The notes beneath the pieces were generated by a model. The model made no database searches and was not told where the DNA came from. It was given only the letters and a program-made list of their open reading frames with translations. Positions 1 to 11,927 of a stretch of DNA of 64,000 bases are shown piece after piece. Location of the stretch: the NCBI RefSeq assembly GCF_004010195.1, contig NC_057719.1:55159077-55223076 (forward strand), read 5' to 3'. This DNA is from Chiloscyllium plagiosum. Lineage: Eukaryota. Each line of letters opens with the position of its first letter. The first letter of the stretch is position 1. Made by a program: the position numbers and the translations under genes.

Positions 1-730
1 AGTGCAAGCGGGCATCAGAGCCGCCCTGCTTTTGCCACGGGACTATGCCTACATCAGGAAACTATAAGAATTCATTTTGTGTTTTAAACAGCAGTCGCAG
101 CTTTAAACCCACAGAACTCAGCAGCTGCCGGTCCGCCCACGTGACCGGGAGATAGGAGACAGAGGACAGATCAAATCCACTAGACCAACACTACCCATGA
201 CTCATAGACCAAAACTCCGGAATTAATTAATATGGGAACCCCTCTCCTAATCACATCAAGAGACTGACTGAAACACACCCATACCCATCGATACGGAACC
301 ACCCTGACACAAAGGACAGGCATCCACCAGACAGGAACGGACAGACCAATACACACCAACACCCCAAGGGAACAAAGGGGGGTGCTAGCTCCTGCCCTCA
401 CAGAGAGAGACAAGCAGATAATACCCGGACCCGTTTTACATAAACCAATTAGCACCCTATTGTGCGTGCCCTGCAACTCTCCTGGGATGGCAGGAAACAT
501 ACTATTTGCACCTACTCCAGTGATGATGGGGAATGATCATCCCATTCGTTCTCAAATTCCACACATCCTGACAACTAAAAGTATATAATATGTAGCAGCG
601 CGCAGGAACAGGAGAGCAGCCGAGATTCGGACCTCGGTTGGTCTCCGCTGGCGTTACTGTAGCAATAAACGTTACCGATTATTGAACCGTACTCTGGGCT
701 TGGACTGATATCATTTCATCCGCGCTAACA
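1..730 (+). mobile_element. 3' part of an LTR (ERV- or Gypsy-type), truncated by the window edge, apparently inserted into a CR1 3' end
   Basis: CpG-retaining segment with TATATAA (582-588), AATAAA (664-669) and a terminal ...TAACA at 730; CR1 sequence starts immediately afterwards. Confidence 0.6.
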
Positions 731-935
731 CATGTATGGAATGAGCTGCCAGAGGAAGTGGTGGAGGTTGGTACAATTGCAATATTTAAGAGGCATTTAG
801 ATGGGTATATGAATAGGAAGGGTTTGGAGGGATATGGGCCAGGCGCTGACAGGTGGGACTAGATTGGGTTGGGATAGCTGGTCGACATGGACGAGTTGGA
901 CCAAAGGGTCTGTTTCTATGATTCTATGACTCTAT
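731..935 (+). mobile_element. CR1 LINE 3' end
   Basis: Encodes WNELPEEVVEVGTIAIFKRHLDGYMNRKGLEGYG (CR1 ORF2 C-terminus), followed by the 3'UTR and a TTCTATGA-type tail. Confidence 0.9.
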
Positions 936-954
936 AATAGGAGACTCCATATTT

Positions 955-2040
955 TTACACTGTGACCCTTGGTTCCAGACCCGCTCACAAGGAAAGACAT
1001 CCTCTCAGCAATCACCATATCATATCACTTTCTTTCAATAAGATCACCTTGCATTTTCCTAAACTCCAATGAAAAGAGGCATCAACCTGCTCAATCTTTC
1101 CTCATAAAATAATTTGTTAATCTCAGAGATCCATCAAGTGAATCTTCTCTGAACTGCTTTTAATGCAATTATATTTTTTCTTTAGTAAGGAGATTAAAAC
1201 TGCACATCGTACAACCGATTTAATCTCAACATGACTATGTGGAACTCTTGTAAAAATTGGTCATTTTATATTATTTTTATTATTTTATTAAACAAATTAC
1301 AAAAACAGTTTACAACAAACAGTTACATTTACAGCTGCATACAAGAGACAGCAATTTTACAAGGGAGAGGAGCAGCAAAGCCAGGCCCCAAACCCTACCA
1401 TACATTTTCCAGGGACATGAGGACAAACCTCAAATCCCAGTTTCACAAAGATATAAAGAGACAACAGCAGTGACAGTTGTACATTAGACAGTACTGTTAC
1501 ATACAAAAGTGCAGACAATACAGACCCAGCAAGCCCCCATCCCTCCCACCTTCCGACCACTCTAAGGCAGCCCGCCCCTACCCACCTTTGGTCATTTTAT
1601 ATGCATTTCTCTTGCAATTTGCATTTGGCATCCTAATCATGTTTTGCATCTGCATACCAGGACATCCAGATCCCTCTGCGCCTCAGGGCCTTTTAATCTC
1701 TCTCCATTCAAATAATATACAGCTTTCCTATTCATCCTGCTAGAGTGGACAGAGTTCATATTTTCCACATTATACTCCATCTGCCAATTTTTTTTCTTTT
1801 TTGTCCTCTCAATCTACTTAAATCCCTCTTTGACATTTTATATTTTCTTGATGACTTATATTCCTACCTATTTTATGCCAATTGGCAAATTTAGATATCA
1901 TATGTCCTGTCCCTTCATCTGGTTCATTTACTTCGATTTTAAATAATTGAGACTTTAGCGCTGATTCCTGTGGTACTCCACGAGTAACAGATTGTGAACC
2001 AAAATGACACATTCATCCCTAATCTCAGGTTCCTATCTAT
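955..2040 (-). mobile_element. Old, decayed CR1 LINE fragment (RT to 3' region)
   Basis: Minus-strand ORF 1818-2012 gives SVTRGVPQESAL...MISKFA, matching degenerate CR1 RT motifs (GVPQGSVL, SKFADD). Confidence 0.75.
1272..1587 (-). mobile_element. 5'-truncated non-LTR (L1/Tx1-like) 3'UTR insertion with a 15-bp TSD
   Basis: TTGGTCATTTTATAT occurs at 1257-1271 and 1588-1602; a T-rich tract with TTTATT (A-tail and AATAAA on the minus strand) lies at the left end. Confidence 0.7.
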
Positions 2041-2046
2041 TGACCA

Positions 2047-5000
2047 TGCCAGCATTTATTGCATGTCCCTAGTTGCCCTTGAGAAGGTGGTAATGAGCTG
2101 CCTTCTCGAACTGCTGTAGTCTACCTGCTGTGAGCTGATCTACAAAGATATTAGGGAGGGGTTTCCAGGATTTTGACCCAGGGACAATGAAGAAATGGCA
2201 ATATATTCCCAGATCAGGGTGGTGCATGGCTTGGAGGGGAATTTGAAAATGGTGGTGTTCTCATATATTTGCTGCCCTTGTCCTTCTACATGGAAGTGGT
2301 CTTGAGTTTGGAAGATGCTATCTGAGGATTTTTGGTAAATTTCAGTAGTGCATCTTGTAGATAGTACACACTGCTGCTACTGAGCGTCGGTGATGAAGGG
2401 AGTGGATGTTTATGGACGAAATGTCAATCAAGCGTGCTGCTTTGTCCTGATGGTGTCAAGTTATTTTAATATTGTTGGAGCTGCACCCATCCAAGCAAGT
2501 GGGGAGTATTCCATCTCACTCCTGACTTCTGCCTTGTTGATGATGGACAAGAGTCAGGAGGTGAGTTACTTACAATAGTATTCCTAGCCTCTGACTTGTT
2601 TGTATAGCCATTGTGATAATGTGGTGAGTCCAGTTGAGCTTCTGGTCAATGGTAACCCCTAGGATTTTGATAGTGGAGGGGATTCAGTGATGGTAACACC
2701 ATTGAATGTCAAGGGGTGGTGGTTAGATTGGTGATGGTCAATGCCTGGTATATGTGTGGCATGAATGTTACTTACTACTTATCACTCCAAGACTGTATAT
2801 TGTCTAGATTTGTTGAATTTGAACATGGACTGCTTCAGTATCTGAGGAGTCATGAATGGTGCTGAACATTGCGCAATCATTGGCAAACATCCCCACTTCT
2901 GACCATATGAGGGAGGAAAGGTCATTGATGAAGCAGTTGAAGATGGTTGGGCTTAAGAGGCTACCCTGGAAAACTCATGCAGAGATCTCCTGGAGCTGAG
3001 ATAATTGACCTCCATAAACCACAACCATCTTCCTACGTGCCAGGTCTGACTCCAACCAGTGGAGAGTTTGCCCCCTGATTTCAATTTTGCTAGGGCTCCT
3101 TGATGCCACACTTGGTTGAATGCAGCTTGATATCAAGGCTGTCACTCTCACCGCACCTCTGGAATTCAGCTGTTTTGACCATGTTTGAACCAAGGCTGTA
3201 ATGAGGTCAGGAGCTGAGTGATCCTGGTGGAACCCAAACTGGGCATCACTGAACAGGTTATTGCTGAGCAGATGCTGCTTGATAGAACAGTTGATGACAC
3301 CTTCCATCATGTTACTGATGATCAGGAGTAGACTTATGGGGCAGTAATTGGTCGGGTTGGATTGTCTGCTCTTTGAGTACACAACAAACCTGGGCAACTT
3401 TCCATATTGATAGGTCGATGCCAGTGTTGTAATTGTATTAGAACAGCTTGGCGAGGGGAGCAGCAAGCTCTGGAGCACAAGTTGTCAGGACCCGTAGTCT
3501 TTGCAATATCCAGTGTCTTCAACCATTCTTGATATCACATGGATTGAATCTATTGACTGAAGACTGGTATTTGTACCACTTGAGGAGACCAAGATAGATC
3601 ATCCATTCAAATCTTCTGGCTGAAGATTGCTGTTAATGCTTCAGAATTATCTTTGTCACTGATGACCTGGGCTCTTCCATCATTGAGGAGGGGGATATTT
3701 GTGGACCTTCCTTCTCCAGTGAATTGTTTAATTTTCCACCACCGTTTACAACTGCAGGAGTGCAGAGTTTAGATCTGTTGATTGTGGGGTCACTTAGCTC
3801 TGTCTATCACTTGTTGTTTATGTTGTTTGGCATTCAAGTAGTGCTGTTTGATAACTTCACCTCATATTCAAGTATGCCTGGTGCTGATCCTGGCATGCCC
3901 TCCTGCATTTTCCATTGAACCATTGTTGATTCTCTGGCTTGAGTGGAGGGATATGCCAGGCCATGAGGCTGCAGATTGGGCCTTTATAGTACAAACATTT
4001 CACCAGTACTATTACCCAGTGGCAAGCATCTTGGTTTGAAATGAAATGGCCATATGATCTTTCCCCAGAGATGCAATTAGATAAAAAGTGCTTTCTTTGC
4101 AATAAAATGATACAGGGGGATATGCAGGGCCATGAGGCTACAGATTGTGCTGGAGAACAATTCTGCTGCTGTTGATGGCCCAAGGCACCTCACAGGTGCA
4201 CAGCCTTGAGTTAATAGATCTGTTTGAAGTTTGTCCCATTTAGCACTGTGATAGTGCCACACAACATAATGGAAATTATTCTCAATGTATTGTTTAGATT
4301 ACTTATACTGTGGAAACAGGCCCTTCAGCCCAACAAGTCCACACCCACCCGCCGAAGCGCAACCCACCCAAACCCATTCCCCTACATTTACCCCTTCACC
4401 TAATACTACGGGCAATTTAGCATGGCAAATTTACCTAACCCACACATTTTTGGACTGTGGGAGGAAACCAGAACACCCAGAGGAAACACTCGCAGACACA
4501 GGGAGAATGTGCAAACTTCACACAGAGAGTCGCCTGAGGCAGGAATTGAACCCGGGTCTCTGGCGCTGTGAGGCAGCAGTGCTAACCACTGTGCCACCAT
4601 GCCACCCAAGAGGAGGTGGGACTTCATTTCCACAAGGACTGTGCAGTGGTCACTCTTACCAATACTATCCTGGACAGATACATCTGCAGCTGGCAGATTG
4701 GTAAGGATGAGGTCAAGAATTTTTTTTCCTCTTGTTGGTTCCCTCAACATCTGCCACAGTCTAGTGGTGGTGGACATTGAAATCCCCTACTCAGTGTATG
4801 TTTTGTGCTCTTGCCATCTCAGTGCTTCCTCTAAGTGTTGTTCAACATGGAGGAGTACCAATTCATCAGCTCTGGGAGTACAGTAATCAGGAAGAGGTTT
4901 CCTTGCCCATGTTTAACCTGAAGCCATGAGACCGCATGGGATCTGGAGTCAATGTCAAGGACTCACAGGGGATCTTCCTCCCCACAGTGCCACCACCTCT

Positions 5001-5247
5001 GCCATGTCTGTCCTGCTGGTGGGACAGGACATATCCAGGGACGGTGACATTGGTGTCTGGGACATTGCCTGTAAGTTATGATTCTGTGAGTATGACTATG
5101 TCAGGCTGTTGCATGTGGGACAGGTCTCCCAATTTTGGCAATAAGCCCCCAGGTGTTAGTAAGAAGGGCTCTGCAGGATCAATAGGGCTACTTCTGCCAT
5201 TGTTTCTTCTGGTGCCTCAGCCAATGCCAGCTGATCCATCCAGTTTC
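2047..5247 (-). mobile_element. CR1/jockey-group LINE, second family (here called LINE-B), decayed EN-RT
   Basis: ORF 2975-3478 gives NYCPISLLLIISNMMEGVIN...DAQFGFHQDHSAPDLITALVQTW; ORF 4406-4777 gives REPTRGKKILDLILTN...IGKSDHCTV (AP-endonuclease motif). Confidence 0.9.
4293..4607 (-). mobile_element. HE1-type V-SINE (tRNA-derived) nested in LINE-B
   Basis: Minus strand shows an A-box (GGTGGCACAGTGGTTAGC), a B-box (GGTTCAATTCC), the V-domain GTGTGAAGTTTGCACATTCTCCC and a CR1-like tail. Confidence 0.9.
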
Positions 5248-6232
5248 TTTCTATCACATCATTTTATTACAAAGAAAGCACTTTTTATCCAATTGCTTCT
5301 CTAGGAAAATATCATATGGCCATTTCATTTCAAACCAAGATGTTTTCCACTGGGTAATAGCGCTGGTGGAAATTTTTGGAGTATGAAGGCCCATAGACTA
5401 TATTCTTGAAGTTAAAGGGTTCAGTATAAGACAGACAGAGTGAGATGGGTAAGATAAAGGAATGGGCATGCAGAGTGGGGAGGATGAGAAAGAACGAGGG
5501 AAATGGGTAAGAGTATGGGAGAAAGAAAGTGCAGGGGTTTGAGAAAATTCAAACTGTGAGACAAGAAAATCCCAGGATGAAGGTCAACTCACTTTTGACT
5601 CTTGACTTTCATGTGAATTCCATTCAGGCTAGGTCAGAGTGTGGGCTACCAGAGGTGACCCACGTAATAAATCGATCTCCTGAGCTTAGCCCCAGTTCTT
5701 ATCCCGTGCTTGATGATCATGAATGAAGAGGAAAATTGAAATATGACCGCCATGTGAAAAGTTTGGTCACCCCTGACCTACATCATGAGATGTAATTTAA
5801 TGAAGTAACCTTTGAAATGACATCTTGATGAATGACTTTTGGGAAATCAAGTGCACAATGTCTACAGTTTTCCTTTATTCCATAATGCTCTGTTTCACAA
5901 AGCCATTTTAGTTCATCATGGCTGTACTATAATTTTCTAAATGGCCTGCTATTACCTCCTTAACAGTGGATCCTAGCATTTTCCCTTCTGAGAGACATTA
6001 GACTAACTGACTTTTTGTTTCTTGCTTTCTGTCTTCTCTTTTTCTCTTTAATAGAGGAGTTACATTATTGATTTTCCAAATGTTTTTGAACCTTTCCAAT
6101 CCACAGTTTGGCTGCTGAGTATATCAAAATTCACTAGCATCTTATCCATGTTCCCACTGTGAGTTAATGGGTACTTGTGTTTTTAGTGTTGTCTGATGAT
6201 GAATCACTAAAACTAGCAATTTTAGCAGTTTG

Positions 6233-7192
6233 TTTTTATTCATCTCAGGGATGTGGGCGTCACTGGCTGGGCCAGAAATTATTGAACATCCCTCATTGCC
6301 TTTTAAGAGATGGTGATGAGCTGCCTTCTTGAACAGCTGCAGTTCGTGTGCTTTAGGTAGGCCCACAATGCAGTTAAGGAGGTAATTCCAGGATTTTGAT
6401 CCAGTGACAGTGAAGGAACAACTCGTGATATATTTTCAAGTTAGGATGGTGAGTGGTTGATGGGGAACTTAGTGTTCTCACATATCTGCTGCTCTCTCCT
6501 TCTAAATGGAAGTGGTAGTGGGTTTGCAAGATGGGTTTAAGGAGCCTTGGTAAACATCTGTAAAAAACTTGGAGATGGTACACACTGCTGTTACTGAGTG
6601 TCGAAAGTGGACAGAGTGGATGCTTCTGAATGTGGCACCAGTCAAATGGATTGATTTGTCCCGTCAAGCCTTTGGAGACTTGTTGGAGCTGCACTCATCC
6701 AGGCAAGTGGGGAGTATGCTCAGCATAGAAGTCAAAATCCCTTTTCAGCCACAAGATGCTTTACTCCTATTAATATACCTGCTTTACAATGTTCCACCTA
6801 AGAAATGTATCTTTTATTTACCTCATCCTGTAAGGCAGGAAAATGGATGAAGTGATTGCAAATTAAAGTTTCAATATTTGCTAACTCAACATCTCTGCTG
6901 CAGTGAAAGGTTTTGTTAGTCATGAAAATGGCCTGTACTTTGTAGATTGTGGACAGGCTTTGGAGTGTCAGGAGGTCAGTTACTTGCTGGAGGATTCCTA
7001 GCCTCTAATCACTAATCACAATAAGTACATTGTATTTATGTGGCAAGTTCAGTTAAGTTTCTGATGTCAATGTTATCCCCCACTATATTAATATTAGAGG
7101 ATTTAGTGACGGTAATGCCATTGAATATCAAAGATGATAAACTGTCTCATGCTGCAATGGTCAATGCCTGGCATTAGTGTGGTGGGAATGTT
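6233..7192 (-). mobile_element. LINE-B 3' fragment containing a 218-bp inverted copy of flanking DNA
   Basis: Colinear with 2047-2770 (for example GAGCTGCCTTCTTGAACAGCTGCAG, CCAGGATTTTGATCCAGTGACAGTGAAGGA); interrupted at 6712-6929. Confidence 0.85.
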
Positions 7193-10149
7193 GTTAGAGG
7201 TCTTTCGGTCATCTCTGAGCAATTTTAGTTTTCTATTGTCAGACTTCATTCTTTAAAGCATCTACATCAATTAGTTGTTCATCTGAAATCTTTACTATAC
7301 TCTTAGTCTAATTTGACCCACTTAATTGCTTATGCATTTATTGCATTTCTGATGATTTTTGAAAACACATCCCTACAGGTCTTTCTCAAGATCAGGCCCA
7401 TGCCTGGTCTTTGTTTTGTTACACATTTGTCTTGTGCATATTCTTCAGTCCTTCTTCATCATTTCATACCAGATTTTCATGCCTACTAAAAGCTTTCACT
7501 GCAGCAGAGATGCTGAATTAGCAAATATTGCAAATTTAACTTACAACCACTTCATCCCATATGCTGATTTACACGATAAGGTAAACAAAATGTACATTTC
7601 TTAGGTGAAACATTGAAGAGCAGGTACATTAATTGGAGTAAAGCATCTTGTGGCTGAAAAGGGATTATGATTTATATGCTGAGCATATTCAAATTGTTAG
7701 TGCTGGAAAACATGGAGCGGTCTTATTTGCTGGGAGAACTTATATACAGTGATGCACGGAACAGTGTTACCACTGAGCCACAGCTGAAACCTGCCGTATA
7801 ATTGTTTAAGTTTCTGCTTACATTAAAATGTTTTTGTTTGCAGCATTTAGGGTCTTCAATCTTCATTAGAGCTATAATAAATCTCCATGATGTGCATAAA
7901 TTTGTTGATGTATTATTGAATTGAGTGAAACCATGCTAGTCTGAAGCCTAATATGTTAAGCAGTAGAGGTCAAGATTAATGCTCGATAGGTGAAATCAAG
8001 TAGTCAGCCAGAGACAAGAAGATCTGGAGCAAAGTTAGTATTGTGAATATTCATCAAATATTTTCAAAGTGTGCAGAGAATTATTTTATGAACAAAAGAA
8101 AGATCATTTGCCAGCAGGTGCTGAAACTTAGAACTTTCAGCTGCTAACACTGAGCAGGCCAGAGGAGGGAACAGGAGATAATGATTCCATCAGTCACCTC
8201 TGGAAGAGAAAGGACCGGAAACTCAATAATTAAACTTATGGAGAGAAGTGAAGGCAGTACTGTGAAGTGGGGAAGAAACTTGTAAGGGAAATTTGGATAT
8301 AGAGATTTCCTGGGTCTCATGTAGAATTCTACAACAGGACATCTGATTGACAGACAGCCTGCCAGTCAGGAGGGAGAGCCTGTAGCATAGGGCCACTGAA
8401 CAGAGAGGAGGGAAGGAGCGATTGTAGTGGAGATACAGGTGGGGTGAAGAGTTCTGAAGACATCATGGCCAACATTGGGATGGGGAAGTGATGTTTAGTT
8501 ACTTCAGGAAAGATTGTGGATGGAGGGATGGATGGTAGTCAGGTTAAAATAAGAGGGAGTCCATAATTATGGATCTAGAAGTATGAGCTTGTTAGGTCAA
8601 GAGAAAACATTCCTGTTCCTCCTGGCCATAAGCAATATTACCAATGCACTTTGCTAGGGAACTGGATCCTCACACTTTTTTTCACAAGAAGGAATTCCAA
8701 TTGCCAAGCGTTCGCAGGAGAAATGGGTTAAAAGGCCTGTTAGAAAGCCTTGGAGGAAACCTCCTTGGAAGCTTTTGTGTAAATATCATGGTCAGATTCT
8801 GGGCACTTTGGCAGATGAGGTTTGGAAACAATGCTAGTGCAAATTAATAAACATTTATTAACTATTGACAAAGACTTTATTTTACCAGAACTCTATTCAA
8901 GCCACTTTTCTCAGATCCCAGTTCCATGTGGTCTCACATGGCCAGGCATCACTCATGTTGCATTTCAGCTATTAGTATAACAACTACTAAACTCTTAAGG
9001 TATGCCTCCCTTTTACCTAATCTTATATTCTACCAATAATCTATTTCTATTTTTATTCTACATCTATAGTCCAAAGTCACTCCTTGATGATCCTTAAAAT
9101 GAGAGGGAAAGACACCATTGTGGCTTGACTGATTTGCCTGTGAATATCATTGTTTCTTTTGGAGGGTGGGTAGGAACATATACAACCTGGGAAGGAGGAC
9201 ATGAAGAGTCCATTGAAGTGGTTGGATACCCTCACTTTCATCTGGGCAGTCAATCCAGACTTACAAAGGTTACGTGATGGTAGTTACAAATGCTAATCTG
9301 TTGCATCTGAGGATGCCACTGTTAGTATTGAATAAGTAAACACAGAGGACTCAAGACTCAGCCAGGTCTGTTTTGGTCTTAGATTCAGATAGAATCCCAA
9401 AAATAGAGTACGGATGGTTCCCACACCCGCTGCTTGCATGGGCAACAACTTGTTTTATGTAATAGTAATCCTACTTCTGTCTTATTCAAACCAACCTCAG
9501 TGATACCTGGTCAAATATCATGCAGAAGACCCAGGAACCAAGTATGTAACCTTCTACCTATTAGGAGTTCTGAAGAAACCATATTATTGTACAAAATTGT
9601 GGACCATTAACTAAGCAAGGACACGATGATGTTGTTGCTATTCTTCAAAAGAGCCTTGAGCGTTCGGACCCCCATTCAGCCTCTCTATCGGTTGTGTGAA
9701 TCAGGGTAAAATTATAGTATATATTCAACTGTACAAGTTAGTAAAGCATTTGAAACGTTTGGTCATTAATAAATTGGACTTGTGTCTGTAATGCCCATCT
9801 CATGGTGGCACACAAAAATTTCTTTATGTATAAGTGATAACCACCATTGAAATAGGGTCATCTAGTCACTTGATGCCCAGCCATTGTGGATAACTGTCAG
9901 CAATAATGAGGAAGATTTTACTGAAGATGATCAGATCCATTTTTGGAATATTTCCATGAGTGAGTGGAAAAAACCCTTGCTTATGGACAATGTATGTTGG
10001 AAAATTGAAGACAATATTTGAAATGGTCTCTACGTGGACTGGTGATCCTATGCCTAGCACTAGATCATGTCCAGGGATGGCTGAAGTAAACTTTGGGGGT
10101 ATGTCCAGCCTGAAAACCTTAGAATTATAAGTGCAGTCACAATGGACAT

Positions 10150-10286
10150 TTTTTTTATTCATTTGTGGGACATGGACACAATTGGCTGGCCAATATTGAT
10201 TGCTCATCCTTACTTGCCCTTGAGAAAGTGTTGGTGAGCTGCCTTCTTAAACTGCTGCAGTCCACATGCTGTATGTTGACCCACAA
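10150..10286 (-). mobile_element. LINE-B 3' tail
   Basis: TTTTTTATTCATTTGTGGGA...CTTGCCCTTGAGAAAGTGTTGGTGAGCTGCCTTC, as at 6233 and 2047. Confidence 0.8.
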
Positions 10287-10289
10287 AAA

Positions 10290-10530
10290 GGGCAACACAG
10301 TGACTCAGTGGTTAGCACTGCTGCCTCACAGTGCCAGGGAACCTGGGTTCGATTCCATCCTCGGGTGACTGCCTATGTGGAGTTTGCATATTATCCACCT
10401 GTGGGTTTTGTCCAGGTGGTCCAGTTTCCTCCCACAATCTAAAGATGTGCAGTTTAGGTGAATTGCCCATGCTAAATTGCTTATAGGGTTCAGGAATGTG
10501 TAGGCTATGGGCATTAGTCAGGGGTAAATG
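10290..10530 (+). mobile_element. HE1-type V-SINE
   Basis: CAGTGACTCAGTGGTTAGCACTGCTGCCTCACAG...GGGTTCGATTCC...TGTGGAGTTTGCA. Confidence 0.85.
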
Positions 10531-11830
10531 TAGAACATAGAACAATACAGTGCAGAACAGGCCCTTCAGCCTTTGATGTTGCACAGACCTGTGAACTAAT
10601 CTAAGCCCATCACCCTATACTGTCCCACCATCATCCATTTGCTTATCCAAGGACTGTTTAAATACCCCTACTATGACTAAGTTAACTACATTAGCAGGCA
10701 GGGCATTCCACACCCTTACCACTCTCTGAGTAAAGAACCTGCCTCTGACATCTGTCTTAAATCTATCACCTCCTCAACAAGCAGACATCATCATCCTAGG
10801 AAAAAGACTCTGACTGTCCACCCTATCTAAGCCTCTGATCATTTTGTAAGTCTCTATTAAATCCCCTCTTAGCCTTCTTCTCTCCAAAGAGAACAGAGCA
10901 AAGTTCCTCAGCCTTTCCTCATAAGATGCTTGCTCCAGATCAGGCAAAATCCTGGTAAGTCTCCTCTGCACCTTTTCCAATGTTTCCACATCCTTCCTAT
11001 AATGGGGCGACCAGAACTGCACACAATACTCAGAGCATTCTGTACAATTACAGCATGACATCATGGCTCTGAAACTCAATCCCCTACCAATTAAAAACCT
11101 AACACACTGTGTGCCTTCTTAACAGCACTATCAACCTGGGTGGTAACCTTCAGGGATCTATGTACACCAACACCAAGATCCCTCTGCACATCCACACTAC
11201 CAAGAATATTTCCATTGACCCAGTATTCTGCCTTCCTGTTATTCTTCCCAAAGTGAATCACCTCACATTGGTCACCTTCTCAAAAAACTCAATGAGGTTT
11301 GTGAGACACAGATGACAAATCCACGTTGACTATTTCTAATCAAATTGTTGCTTGCAAGATGGTTATAAATATTATCTCTTATAATCCTTTCCAAAACTTT
11401 TCCTACAACAGACATAAGGCTCACTGGTCTATAATTGCCTGGATCATTTCTACTGCCGTTCTTGAAGAAGGGCACAACATTTGCAATCCTCCAGTCCTCT
11501 GGTACTAAACCTGTAGAAAATGACGACTTAAAGATCAATGCCAAAGACTCTGCCATCTCCTTACTAGCTTCCCAGAGAATTCTTGGAAAAATTCCATCTG
11601 GCCCAGGGGACTTACCTACTTTCACACCCTCTCGAATTGATAACACCTCTTCCTTACTACCCTCAATCTTTTCAAGTCTAATAGCCCGTATCTCAGTCTT
11701 CCCTTTTCTCCTTTTCTTGAGTGAAAACAGATGAGAAATATTAGTTGAGCACTTCTCCAATCTCCACAGGGTCCACACATAACTTCCCACTTCAGTCTTT
11801 GACAGGCCTTACTCCTACCCTTGCCATCCT
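10531..11830 (-). mobile_element. CR1 LINE fragment (RT and 3' end) with an internal deletion
   Basis: ORF 11272-11790 KSPGPDGIFPRILWE...PEDWRIANVVPFFKNG..DPGNYRPVSL; ORF 10774-11079 EYCVQFWSPHYRKD...RRLRGDLIETYK. Confidence 0.92.
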
Positions 11831-11844
11831 GGAAGAATAGTTTT

Positions 11845-11927
11845 GGGTGGCTTATTCTACAGAGGGTCGGTATGGACTTGTTGGGTCGAAAGGCCTGTTT
11901 CCACACTGTAGGGATTCAATGATTCTA
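11845..11927 (+). mobile_element. HE1/CR1-type 3' tail fragment
   Basis: GAGGGTCGGTATGGACTTGTTGGGTCGAAAGGCCTGTTTCCACACTGTAGGGATTC matches the HE1 tails in this window. Confidence 0.75.

Noticed and set aside
4530..4607. tRNA genes in SINE heads (also 10290 and 57181)
   Set aside because: A/B boxes are followed by V-domain and LINE tail, so these are SINEs, not tRNAs.
8100..8760. Possible old L2 relic (similar purine-rich tracts at 25620-25900 and 54230-54420)
   Set aside because: Too decayed to assign by eye.
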